IMG/VR virus record: IMGVR_UViG_3300028603_000022
Span: 109,849-173,848 of that record
DNA from: a virus
Lineage: Duplodnaviria > Caudoviricetes
Reading direction: 5' to 3' (one strand)
Length of the DNA: 64,000 bases
In this document: positions 16,656-26,110 of the stretch, in pieces
Numbering within the stretch: the stretch's first letter is position 1
Layout: each line of letters opens with the position of its first letter
The notes under the pieces: model-generated
Databases searched by the model: none
What the model was told of the DNA's origin: nothing
Seen by the model: only the letters and a program-made list of their open reading frames with translations
Program-made: the position numbers and the translations under genes

Positions 16656-16991
16656 ATGGTAAAGAAAGTATCTACGAAAGTAACTGAGTCACAAACAAAT
16701 CAGGTTAGAGAATCTTCGGATACCTATAGTTCAGTAGAGGCGTTATTAAAAGAAACGAGGCAGCTTAATAACGCCTTGGATGAAATTCTATCCATGCTTA
16801 CACGTATTACCGACGAAGTTCAAGAAACCTATGTTGCGGACAGCGTTCCTCTGGTGATCCAATCAACACTTAACGAACGATTAGAACACGGTGTTAACGA
16901 AGTAAAATCTGCACTTCTTAAAGCTAATGCCATAAATACAACAATATATTGGAGTATTTTAGGTACTCGTGGTAGTTCAGAAGATAAATAA
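16656..16991 (+). CDS. hypothetical protein
   Basis: abuts the upstream ORF. Confidence 0.6.
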   Translation: MVKKVSTKVTESQTNQVRESSDTYSSVEALLKETRQLNNALDEILSMLTRITDEVQETYVADSVPLVIQSTLNERLEHGVNEVKSALLKANAINTTIYWSILGTRGSSEDK

Positions 16992-17106
16992 ACGGCTACG
17001 ACATTCTTAAATCAGGAGGGTTTATCCCTCCTTTTTTGTGCCTATTTATCTACATTATTATACTATTTTCACTAATTCTATATCATAAGACAATCGAGAA
17101 AACTCA

Positions 17107-17421
17107 ATGTCAGGTTTTGTAGAAGTTATTCAGTATTTTTCTCAAATATCAGCTGTTGTCATTATGATTAACAGCTTTCTTCTATTTCTGTGCTTAATGT
17201 CTATACGTCCTAACAACCGCAAAAGGGAATCCATGTATTTAGGATTCCTTCAAGGTCTTACAGAATTTAGCATAGGCGCTTGGTTATTGGTTTCAAGGCC
17301 AATCTTTCTTGATTTAGACTTTAGTTTCATAGCTACAGTTATATTTACATTGGTAGTGTTTATAGCACTGTTTATTCGTCTGTATTTTTTCATTGCTTTA
17401 AGATACATCTATTCAAGATAA
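17107..17421 (+). CDS. 3-TM membrane protein (holin-like candidate)
   Basis: three hydrophobic segments; follows the CTAATTCTAT motif. Confidence 0.6.
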   Translation: MSGFVEVIQYFSQISAVVIMINSFLLFLCLMSIRPNNRKRESMYLGFLQGLTEFSIGAWLLVSRPIFLDLDFSFIATVIFTLVVFIALFIRLYFFIALRYIYSR

Positions 17422-17449
17422 CTAATGCAAAGACCAATGTTGATACAAC

Positions 17450-17827
17450 ATGATAGATTTAATAAAGCTAATTTCCGATCCATTGTTGAAAGATGGGATA
17501 GCGATTGTCGCTATTGTATTTACAGCTCTTTTTATATTTATAAAGCATCTTCTTAAGTTTCTTGTTAGTATTAGTAGTAAAAAAGAACCCGACGCGACAA
17601 GAATGGAAGCGTACTTGTTAAGATCAGTAGACAAGTATGAAAAAGAACGCAGAGTATGCTTAGAAGACCATAAAAAACTACAACTTGAATTAGCTAAAAC
17701 TAACCACACATTAACTAAAATGTTGGTACAAATCAAAGTTTTGAAAAGCAGAATTAGATATTTAGAGTTTAAACTAAGTGAAAACAACATTAGAGTCTCA
17801 CCACAACTGGACAACTTCGATGATTAA
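17450..17827 (+). CDS. TM plus coiled-coil protein (possible lysis protein)
   Basis: N-terminal TM followed by coiled coil. Confidence 0.6.
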   Translation: MIDLIKLISDPLLKDGIAIVAIVFTALFIFIKHLLKFLVSISSKKEPDATRMEAYLLRSVDKYEKERRVCLEDHKKLQLELAKTNHTLTKMLVQIKVLKSRIRYLEFKLSENNIRVSPQLDNFDD

Positions 17828-18380
17828 CGCAATCACTAATAAGTTAGACAGATTTTCAAATTATTTAGCTGATATTGTGGATAATCTCCACATTCAAACC
17901 TTTATTAGAAAGATTTTAGACCTTATTATAGATACTAGTATACGTGCTGGAGTTATAGTTCTGATATTCTCTTTTACGCTCAACGTAGGGCCGGCTATTG
18001 AATCCAGATTCTTGGGTGTTTTCGATGAATGGCATGCTAGTAACTACGCACAACAAGGTAATAAATGGACTTTCAACGTAGCAGCGTCTAATCCTTGGTA
18101 TAGATTTAACTGTTTATACATATCTGAACAGACTGTAGACGCCAATGTGTTTACAGTTAATGGTAGTGAAACTACAACTACTTATGGAAAAATAAACATA
18201 CTTGATAGTGATTTAGCTTTGGGAAACAGCAGAAACCTGTATTCAGGTAAATGGGAACTTGTTACAGATACACCTGTCCCAGCTAATTCTGTTATTACTG
18301 GTGTTTTGCATCATAAATGCCACGTTCTTTGGACTACTACAACTGTTTTTGGACCCTTTCATATAATTTTAACTAATTAA
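17820..18380 (+). CDS. single-TM protein with a predicted periplasmic beta domain
   Basis: TM AGVIVLIFSFTLNV; two Cys. Confidence 0.6.
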   Translation: MINAITNKLDRFSNYLADIVDNLHIQTFIRKILDLIIDTSIRAGVIVLIFSFTLNVGPAIESRFLGVFDEWHASNYAQQGNKWTFNVAASNPWYRFNCLYISEQTVDANVFTVNGSETTTTYGKINILDSDLALGNSRNLYSGKWELVTDTPVPANSVITGVLHHKCHVLWTTTTVFGPFHIILTN

Positions 18381-18434
18381 TTTTTGTGTCTTACGGTAAA
18401 ATAACCTTGGTAAGTAAAATTACAAGGTATTTAC

Positions 18435-19502
18435 ATGAAAAACTTGAAGCAATGGTCGGTTAAGTACCGTCCTAAATCTTTTGATGATTTTCTTGAAAAC
18501 GAAGTCGCGTCTGCTAAAGCAAAACGAATCATCAAGAATCGTGACGCGCACGCTATTCTTATTCATGGTAGCTCAGGAATCGGCAAGACAACTCTTGCTA
18601 GGATTTTAGCTAACGGTCTTACAGATCAAGCTACCGATATAGATGAAAAGAATATGGCGGATGAAAAGGGTATCGACGCTATTCGTTCCCTTATAAAAAC
18701 CTCCCAATTCAAACCACGCGGACAAGCTAGGGTATTCATACTCGATGAGGCGCATGCGATTCTTGGACAGAGCCAATCGGCTTTGCTTAAGGGGCTTGAA
18801 GAACCAGAGCACGATAGAGTCGTATGGATTCTATGCACTGATAAACCTCATCTTCTAAGTCCTCCGCTCCTTAATAGGTTGTACAAAATAGAGGTTGAGA
18901 GACCTTCTATTCAAGGTCTTGCCAAATACCTATATAGAATTGCTAAAAAAGAAGAAGCTTTTCCTAAATACGATAAGGAAAAAGTTCAGAAATTATGTAA
19001 AGAAGTAGCTACTGTTTCTGATAGAGTACCTAGAGAAGCCCTTCAATTATTGAAGGAAATATCTGATTCTCAACATGAGTATTCGTCTTTCAAAGAGCTT
19101 ATTGTAAAAGGAATCAGGAACTCTACAGATAAGTCAGAAGATAAACTAGCTTTACAAGTTTTAATGGCTATTTACTCATCGGAGAAAGAAGCGGAGGAAA
19201 AATCCAAATACCTGACTAATATCCTATACGACAAAAACGTGTGGGGAGTAATGGATAGAGTATCTTCTATCCATCATGATCTCATTAATCATATGAGCGG
19301 AATACGTGTTGGGGCAACTTTCTACCATATCAAAGAGTTGGAAGAAAGGAAGGCTGTTCCTGATATACGAACGGCCTCTATTGTAGCTTCTAAATTGGTG
19401 TCTATAAAGAACTCTCTTATTACTATAAATTCCAACATTGCGCATTATGTTCTTCCAGAGCTAATAAAAATCATATATTTTCTTGAGGAATCGGATGATT
19501 AA
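18435..19502 (+). CDS. dnaX: clamp loader AAA+ ATPase (DnaX gamma/tau-like)
   Basis: KYRPKSFDD, GSSGIGKTT, FILDEAH, ALLKGLEEP. Confidence 0.88.
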   Translation: MKNLKQWSVKYRPKSFDDFLENEVASAKAKRIIKNRDAHAILIHGSSGIGKTTLARILANGLTDQATDIDEKNMADEKGIDAIRSLIKTSQFKPRGQARVFILDEAHAILGQSQSALLKGLEEPEHDRVVWILCTDKPHLLSPPLLNRLYKIEVERPSIQGLAKYLYRIAKKEEAFPKYDKEKVQKLCKEVATVSDRVPREALQLLKEISDSQHEYSSFKELIVKGIRNSTDKSEDKLALQVLMAIYSSEKEAEEKSKYLTNILYDKNVWGVMDRVSSIHHDLINHMSGIRVGATFYHIKELEERKAVPDIRTASIVASKLVSIKNSLITINSNIAHYVLPELIKIIYFLEESDD

Positions 19503-19926
19503 TGCTTTTCATATTGAAATGTCTACTTATTCAGATTTTCATGACCTAGAAAGTAAGCTTTATCAGGAATTGAAGTTTTTTAAAGTAGATAATGAGAAAT
19601 TATCAGATTTATTCAATGAATTTATTGATCTTGAAATTAAAATGCGTAAATTTCACGATCAGTTTAGAGGAAAAACTATAAGCGAATTTGTGAATATAAT
19701 AAATGGAAACTCTGACTGTATGATTCTTGATTGCACACATAGGGTTGAATTATTAGCTTATGTGTGTTCTATACAACTACTATTAACAGCAATTTTGTAT
19801 AACAAAGCTAACGATCAAGGTCTATACGTAGATATCCTGTTATCCGTCATGAACCAATATAATTTTAGAGGTGATCCTACACCACGGTATTTTCAATGGG
19901 TTATTCAAAATAGCCAATATCATTGA
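19495..19926 (+). CDS. hypothetical protein
   Basis: GAGGA RBS before MINAF. Confidence 0.6.
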   Translation: MINAFHIEMSTYSDFHDLESKLYQELKFFKVDNEKLSDLFNEFIDLEIKMRKFHDQFRGKTISEFVNIINGNSDCMILDCTHRVELLAYVCSIQLLLTAILYNKANDQGLYVDILLSVMNQYNFRGDPTPRYFQWVIQNSQYH

Positions 19927-19933
19927 GGTTAAT

Positions 19934-20602
19934 ATGTTTTATATAGCAGAATCGTATAAATCTATGGAAGACCTCGACGTTTATTCAGAGTTTTACCCTA
20001 GAACTCCATCTTCTATGAATTTAATTAGTGTAGAAGAATCCAGCGTAGATAAAGCTAGTAGAGTATCAAAGTATCTTGCCTATCTAGGATTAAAATACAA
20101 AATTCTTGTGTTTCTGGATGAAGCAAAAAGATTTGATACCGCGTTGTATCTTGGTTTAGTAGAAAATGTGATTGATCTGTATGAAAATATAGATATGCTT
20201 GGGTTTTTCTATACATATGGATTAGTAAAAGAAGAATCAATCACCAAGCTAACTATAAAATTAGATCAAAAAGATCTCAAACGAGAAGAAGCCATTGAAT
20301 ATTTAAAGATAGTTACCATAGTAAATAGTATATACCATGAACATGTCTATCGACTAATAGGGGAAGCTCATCCTAACAGAATAATGCCTTTAGTGCTTAA
20401 AAACCCGATATTGAGTATCGAAGAAACCCTTGTTGAAACCTATTATTTATCGTATAAGATAGGATTAAAAACAGGTAAACTTGTGGAAAACGACGAATTA
20501 CGCAATAGAGTGTTAAACGCTATTTCTACAATGGAGAAAAATAATATAACAGAGAAGGCTTCTTTTGTAAATAGAATATACCATTCAGATCTTTTGTTCT
20601 AA
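19934..20602 (+). CDS. hypothetical protein
   Basis: GAGG RBS before MFYIAE. Confidence 0.65.
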   Translation: MFYIAESYKSMEDLDVYSEFYPRTPSSMNLISVEESSVDKASRVSKYLAYLGLKYKILVFLDEAKRFDTALYLGLVENVIDLYENIDMLGFFYTYGLVKEESITKLTIKLDQKDLKREEAIEYLKIVTIVNSIYHEHVYRLIGEAHPNRIMPLVLKNPILSIEETLVETYYLSYKIGLKTGKLVENDELRNRVLNAISTMEKNNITEKASFVNRIYHSDLLF

Positions 20603-20632
20603 AAAACAAGAAACTTAGTAAGGAAATTAGTA

Positions 20633-21289
20633 ATGTCTGTAATTCGTAATAAGCTTGAGAGTATTATTAAAGAGTTTGATAGAGTCGCAATACTTATTGA
20701 TGGACATACCACGCATAACGCCACTCGCTCTATTGATATGAAGGTTGATTGGAATAAGTTTCAGACCTTTTTTACTGAAATTGGTCGAGTTCGCAACATT
20801 AATTATTATCTAACTGTAACCAACGTAGAAGTAGATTCCAACGAGTTTGATCTGGATATTGATACAGTTAAGCTAGTAGGAGAAGACAAACCTTGGTGGT
20901 ATAGCGTTATAAATTGGATGAGCTATAATAATTTCAACGTAGTGTTGAAGCGTGGTAGAGAATTTACATTTTCTGATACTGGTCATATTGGTATTAAAAC
21001 AGGTATTGATATGACTATTGCTCTGGATAGTATGAAACTGGTAAACGTAGATCATGTTATTTTTGTAACTGGCAATACCGAGCATACAGAGATCGTTAAA
21101 GCCTTACAATCCAAGGGAATAATTGTTACTGTAATTGGTAATTCTCATAAAAGGATTCAAACCGCTATTGAATCAGGTAAACTGGAATTAAACGATGACC
21201 GACCATACCCGTTTACTGTATCTAAGCGGTTAATTAAAGCTTCTAACTATTTCATTGATTTTCTAGATCTAGCGCAGCACATTGAGTGA
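20633..21289 (+). CDS. NYN/LabA-DUF88 PIN-like domain protein
   Basis: VAILIDG, KTGIDMTIALD, IFVTGN...LQSKGIIVTVIG, SKRLIKASNYFID. Confidence 0.8.
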   Translation: MSVIRNKLESIIKEFDRVAILIDGHTTHNATRSIDMKVDWNKFQTFFTEIGRVRNINYYLTVTNVEVDSNEFDLDIDTVKLVGEDKPWWYSVINWMSYNNFNVVLKRGREFTFSDTGHIGIKTGIDMTIALDSMKLVNVDHVIFVTGNTEHTEIVKALQSKGIIVTVIGNSHKRIQTAIESGKLELNDDRPYPFTVSKRLIKASNYFIDFLDLAQHIE

Positions 21290-21518
21290 TATAAAGATAA
21301 CTAAGAAACTAGTAGCCTCGCTGGTATGGTTAAAAGATAATCAACCAGCGGAAATCTTTAACTCTAAAGATGGACCTTCTTTGACATATGTAAAGAAACT
21401 AGTTAAATTAGAGTTGGTTGAGCCTAATAAGGAGCTAACACCACACCCTAAATTTAATGGTGGGATAGTAAGTTATTCATTGACTAAATTAGGTAAAAAG
21501 GTACTAAAAGGAATATAA
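21282..21518 (+). CDS. small winged-helix-like protein
   Basis: LVKLELVE...YSLTKLGKKVL pattern. Confidence 0.5.
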   Translation: MSDIKITKKLVASLVWLKDNQPAEIFNSKDGPSLTYVKKLVKLELVEPNKELTPHPKFNGGIVSYSLTKLGKKVLKGI

Positions 21519-21521
21519 GCT

Positions 21522-22034
21522 ATGGAAAATCCTATTACTTCGGTACGCATTGAAGGAAATACTCTAGAGGTTCGTGAATCTGACAGGCTTGTTTCTGAAT
21601 TTTCAGAAAGTGATACAATTATTAGCGTTGAGTTTAAAGGTCTGAAGCTGTCAAGTTCAGCGTCTTTCCGTGGGGAACGCAGCTCTAATTACACATTCGA
21701 TTCTTATTCGGTAATAGTAGGTAAGCCTGTAAAGAGTAGTAAGTTTACCGTTAAAGAGTATAACAGCCTAGTTCGTGAAGTTGCGGTTCTAAACAGTGAT
21801 AATCTTGATCTACAAAACCGTATCACTTCCATGGTTGAAGAAATCGATAACTTAAAGACAGCTCTTGAAGAAGCAAAGTCTTCACCAGACGAACCTGATA
21901 CTTCCGATAAAGAAAAAGCTCTTATGGAAGAAATTGACCGTCTGAAGGCGGATATTGTTACCTTAACTAACAAGAATAATAACGAATCCGCGGATAAAGA
22001 CGACGAACTGAACGAAGACGAATATAAAGAATAA
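21522..22034 (+). CDS. coiled-coil hypothetical protein
   Basis: AAGGA RBS. Confidence 0.7.
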   Translation: MENPITSVRIEGNTLEVRESDRLVSEFSESDTIISVEFKGLKLSSSASFRGERSSNYTFDSYSVIVGKPVKSSKFTVKEYNSLVREVAVLNSDNLDLQNRITSMVEEIDNLKTALEEAKSSPDEPDTSDKEKALMEEIDRLKADIVTLTNKNNNESADKDDELNEDEYKE

Positions 22035-22075
22035 AATTAGTAGAGAGTTTTTTCAGCCTTTCTTCTCTCTACTAT

Positions 22076-22116
22076 AGGGCTGTTGGATAAAAGGGTCCAA
22101 CAGCCCTTTCTGTTTC
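22076..22116 (+). terminator. intrinsic terminator
   Basis: AGGGCTGTTGGA/TCCAACAGCCCT plus T-rich tail. Confidence 0.7.
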
Positions 22117-22149
22117 GTACATAAAAGTATTAACAACCTAATTCTATAG

Positions 22150-22245
22150 AGTAGAAGATATAGAAATCTCTGTATTGTCTACGTCATGTTGTTAATTTCC
22201 TTTCGTTTCCTTAGCCCGGTGGTTAATTCCTCCGGGCTCTTTTTT
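22150..22245 (+). ncRNA. candidate anti-RBS small RNA
   Basis: CTAATTCTAT motif at 22138; own terminator AGCCCGG/CCGGGCT-T6; contains CATGTTGTTAATTTCCTTTCG. Confidence 0.4.
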
Positions 22246-22290
22246 GGTCTCTACCGTAAATTAATAGTAGATTACATCAGGATTTTGTAA

Positions 22291-23124
22291 ATGTTGAATC
22301 TTATTTCATTGAATGCCGTTACAGAAGATTTAAAGATTGAACTTGGGGAATCTCTTTCTTCTATAAGCGAAGAACCTGTTCTTATGTGGATAGACGTGGA
22401 TAAGCTATTCATTGACCCTTCATTCCAGAGAAAAATTCTACGTAATGGGCGTAGAAATATTATAAAGATTGCTACCAATTTTGATTGGAAGAAGTTTGGA
22501 GCTATTCAGGTTGCGAATTTAGGTGATCTATATACAATTGTAGACGGCCAACATAGAACAGTTGCTGCTGTTCTACGAGGAATCCAGAAGGTTCCTTGTA
22601 ATGTCATCGTAGCTACACAGATAGAACAAGCCCTCGCGTTTGTGTCTATCAATGCTAACATTACTACAGTGTCACCACTAATTACATTCAAAGCAGAAAT
22701 TGCTGCCGGTGTAGAAAGTAGTGTAAACCTGAAAAGAGTATGTGAAAGAGCTGGTGTGACGATTAACTATTATCCGGTTGATTCCAAAACTATCAAACCG
22801 GGGTATACCATTGCTCTAGGTTGTTTGAAGAAATGTCTTCAAACGTATGGAGAAGACCATCTAGTGTTTTCTCTACGTAGTATCGTAGAGACAGCCGAAG
22901 ACAAGAATCGTGGTTTAGTTAAAAACGATGTTATTAAAGCCTTTTGTCATATTTATGATTTAGAACCTTCCTTAAAGATTGAAAACAGTATCCAACTACT
23001 GAAAAATCTACAGCTTCAAAAGATATACGACGATTCAGTAGCAGAATCACGTAGAAAGAGGGCAGTTTTTCAAACCTTGTCTATTAAACTCATGGAGTTC
23101 TTTGAAAATTCGGGGGCGGTATGA
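22291..23124 (+). CDS. ParB/Srx-like N-terminal domain protein
   Basis: IDPSFQR, IVDGQHR, EQALAFVSIN. Confidence 0.75.
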   Translation: MLNLISLNAVTEDLKIELGESLSSISEEPVLMWIDVDKLFIDPSFQRKILRNGRRNIIKIATNFDWKKFGAIQVANLGDLYTIVDGQHRTVAAVLRGIQKVPCNVIVATQIEQALAFVSINANITTVSPLITFKAEIAAGVESSVNLKRVCERAGVTINYYPVDSKTIKPGYTIALGCLKKCLQTYGEDHLVFSLRSIVETAEDKNRGLVKNDVIKAFCHIYDLEPSLKIENSIQLLKNLQLQKIYDDSVAESRRKRAVFQTLSIKLMEFFENSGAV

Positions 23125-23756
23125 ATGATAACTATGGTCTCACAGAACAAGAAGTCAACGAGTTATTTTGTAGTTTAAGACCTAAACTATTAAAATACGC
23201 TAGAAGTCTTAGCATAGAGTATTTCGAAGACCTAGTTAACACCACGTATTTGAAAGTGATCTTAAACAGAGACAAGTTTCAAAGGGGTACTAGCTTCAGT
23301 GGTTGGTGCTTTACAATCCTTCGAAATGCTTGGTTAAGTGATATTAGGAAATCAAAACGTGAAGTACAGGATACTGATAACCAATTTAGCATGAATGTAC
23401 CTGTAGACGGGTATCAAGAAGAAAGCTTCGAAATAGAACAATTGTCTATAATAATGAAGTCATTAAATAAGTATGATAGAGACATAATGTGGAATTTAGG
23501 TGTTTTAGGGTTAACTTATGAAGAAGCTGCTGATAAATTAAGCATAACCATAGGTACACTTAAATCATCATACAGTAGACTAAAAGAAGATATACGAAAA
23601 GAATTAGAGCCTGAATCTTTAGAGAATAATGTAAAAGAACCTGTTAGTTCACTAGAATTGAAAGTGCTACAATTACATGGTACAGGTATGACAGTATCAG
23701 AAATAGCAGAAAATACTGGTCTTAAACGCAGTGAAATAATGAAGTTACTGACATAA
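23121..23756 (+). CDS. ECF sigma factor, EcfG/RpoE2-like, with extra C-terminal HTH
   Basis: YARSL...DLV...KFQRGTSFSGWCFTILRN...RKSKREVQD; region 4 LTYEEAADKLSITIGTLKS. Confidence 0.85.
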   Translation: MNDNYGLTEQEVNELFCSLRPKLLKYARSLSIEYFEDLVNTTYLKVILNRDKFQRGTSFSGWCFTILRNAWLSDIRKSKREVQDTDNQFSMNVPVDGYQEESFEIEQLSIIMKSLNKYDRDIMWNLGVLGLTYEEAADKLSITIGTLKSSYSRLKEDIRKELEPESLENNVKEPVSSLELKVLQLHGTGMTVSEIAENTGLKRSEIMKLLT

Positions 23757-23787
23757 TGGAAATTACTGACATAATAAGGATAACAAC

Positions 23788-24810
23788 ATGATCGCAGAAC
23801 GTAGTAATCCGGGACTTAATCAGACGGATGCCATTTATCATGAAGTTCTTGAGGAACTTCTGGAAGCACCTATTCGTGGCGATAGAACAGGAACAGGAAC
23901 TCACAGCGTTTTTGGTAAACAGATTAGATTTACTAATCTCTATGAACGTTTTCCACTAATCTCAACTAAGCGTGTATTTTTTCGCGGAGTTTTCCATGAG
24001 CTTAAATGGATGTTAATGGGAGATACCAATATCAAGTATTTGGTGGATAATGGTGTTAGCATATGGACGGATTGGCCTTTACGTAGGTATAACGCAGAAA
24101 ACCACGATTTTCCTCTTACTAAAGAAGACTTTGAGAATAAGATTCGTATGAATAGTAGGGAGCCGGGTACTAATATTCCATTTGCTGAAATGTGGGGTGA
24201 CTGCGGCCCGGTCTACGGCTATCAGTGGAGATCATGGGAAGTAGGTTGTCCGGGTGATGGTCAACCTAATATAGATCAAATCTCTAATCTATTAAGCGAC
24301 TTAAAGACTACCCCTGAATCGCGTAGAATGATTGTAACTGCTTGGAATGTAGCGGATATTCCTGCTATGATTCCTTCTGGACTACCTCCTTGCCATATGT
24401 TTATGCAGTTTTATACTAGGCCTATACCAACTTCGGAATTAGATTATATAAATGATGTAAATAACACGTTGGACAGAGACAAATTTTTAGATTGTTCCTT
24501 ATACGTGCGTTCAAATGACTGGTTTTTGGGCGCGCCGTTCAACATCGCTCAGTATGCCTTACTCACCTCATTGATCGCTAAGTCTGTTAATATGATTCCG
24601 GGGGATTTAGTATATACTATTGGGGACTGTCATCTATACACGTCGCACGTTAATCAAGCTAAAGAACAACTTTCTAGGTATTCAGCAGGAAAAGAACCTA
24701 AATTGTTTGTTAATAACACATATGACGACCCTAAAGACTATATGTGGGAAGACCTACAGTTAGAAGATTATGTTAGTCATGGTGTTATTAAAGCACCTAT
24801 TGCTGTGTAA
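23788..24810 (+). CDS. thyA: thymidylate synthase
   Basis: DRTGTGT, GPVYGYQWR, LPPCH, RSNDWFLGAPFNIAQY. Confidence 0.97.
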   Translation: MIAERSNPGLNQTDAIYHEVLEELLEAPIRGDRTGTGTHSVFGKQIRFTNLYERFPLISTKRVFFRGVFHELKWMLMGDTNIKYLVDNGVSIWTDWPLRRYNAENHDFPLTKEDFENKIRMNSREPGTNIPFAEMWGDCGPVYGYQWRSWEVGCPGDGQPNIDQISNLLSDLKTTPESRRMIVTAWNVADIPAMIPSGLPPCHMFMQFYTRPIPTSELDYINDVNNTLDRDKFLDCSLYVRSNDWFLGAPFNIAQYALLTSLIAKSVNMIPGDLVYTIGDCHLYTSHVNQAKEQLSRYSAGKEPKLFVNNTYDDPKDYMWEDLQLEDYVSHGVIKAPIAV

Positions 24811-24861
24811 CAAACATTACCAGGCAACTCATATTGCCGTGTAACATTAAGGTAAACAAAC

Positions 24862-25440
24862 ATGCTATGTGATTGGGAAATCAAGGAACTAGTAGATAAA
24901 CACGGTATGATTGATCCGTTTATTGACCATCAGATTAACCGAGATTCGGCAGGAAATAAGGTAATTAGCTATGGATTAACCAGCTTTGGTTATGATATTA
25001 GACTGTCTACTAAGTTCAAGGTATTCAATAACAGAGCAGGAGGTATTATTGATCCTTTAGACTTTCAAGATAACCTCCTGTTAGACGAGGCGGGGGATTA
25101 TTGTATAATTCCACCTAACTGCTATCTTTTAGGTTCGACTATTGAGTCCTTCAAGATGCCTAATAACGTAGTAGCAGATTGTGTGGGTAAATCAACATTG
25201 GCAAGGTGTGGTTTGATTCTAAATGTGACCCCATTAGAACCCGGATGGGAAGCCCAATCACTTACACTAGAGATATCTAATGCTACTCCACTACCTGCCA
25301 AAGTATACGCGAATATGGGTATTGGACAACTTAGGTTCTATCGAGGTAGTAACCCATTGAATACCTATAAAAACAGGGCAACTGGACCGGGTAAATACCA
25401 AATGCAAGGCACTGAACCTGTAACAGCTAGGATTAATTAA
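24862..25440 (+). CDS. dcd: dCTP deaminase
   Basis: ISYGLTSFGYDIRL, GKSTLARCG, TPLEPGW, KYQ. Confidence 0.95.
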   Translation: MLCDWEIKELVDKHGMIDPFIDHQINRDSAGNKVISYGLTSFGYDIRLSTKFKVFNNRAGGIIDPLDFQDNLLLDEAGDYCIIPPNCYLLGSTIESFKMPNNVVADCVGKSTLARCGLILNVTPLEPGWEAQSLTLEISNATPLPAKVYANMGIGQLRFYRGSNPLNTYKNRATGPGKYQMQGTEPVTARIN

Positions 25441-25453
25441 AGGGAGAGATAAA

Positions 25454-25648
25454 ATGAGCGATTTTACTAGAGAACTGGAATCTCTTATCAAGAGGCATTG
25501 TAAAGAAAATGACTCTAATACACCAGATTTTATATTAGCTAAATATATGGAAGGTTGTTTGAGGGTATACAACGAAACTGTTACAGAGCGTGATAAATGG
25601 TATGGATTTTCTCCATTTAGTTCTAGCAGAAATTTAAGATCATCCTGA
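25454..25648 (+). CDS. small phage protein
   Basis: GGAG RBS; ENDSNTPDFILAKYM. Confidence 0.7.
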   Translation: MSDFTRELESLIKRHCKENDSNTPDFILAKYMEGCLRVYNETVTERDKWYGFSPFSSSRNLRSS

Positions 25649-25672
25649 ACTTAGTAATTAAGATCAACGTTT

Positions 25673-26110
25673 ATGTACAACCAACCGTTCAGAAAGATAC
25701 AAGCTAAAGAAGGTGTAGGTAAACCTTGTCACTATTGCAAAAGAAATATGCTCCCTTACGATAATAGTGACAAGGTTAATCCCATATTGGCTGGAAAGGA
25801 ATGTTCTATTGACCACATCGTGCCTAGAGCTTTAGGAGGTACAGACCATACGGATAATTTGGTTTTTTCGTGTAGAAGATGCAACAGTTTACGTGGACAT
25901 TTAGACTATACAATCTTCGCTATGTTTGGACATGTAATTTTAAGAGAGTACCCTGACGCCCCAACTATATTCCTTAGAGCGTCTCTAGTACAGTTCATAA
26001 CGTCCTTGGCAGAAATAGCAATTAATAACAAAAGAGAATCAAAGAAAGCTATTAACTTTGCTAAATCTAAACTTGTACATGACCTTAAGAAAGCGAAAGG
26101 TGTCTTCTGA
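25673..26110 (+). CDS. HNH endonuclease
   Basis: CHYC...IDHIVPRALGG...NLVFSCRRCN. Confidence 0.9.
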   Translation: MYNQPFRKIQAKEGVGKPCHYCKRNMLPYDNSDKVNPILAGKECSIDHIVPRALGGTDHTDNLVFSCRRCNSLRGHLDYTIFAMFGHVILREYPDAPTIFLRASLVQFITSLAEIAINNKRESKKAINFAKSKLVHDLKKAKGVF

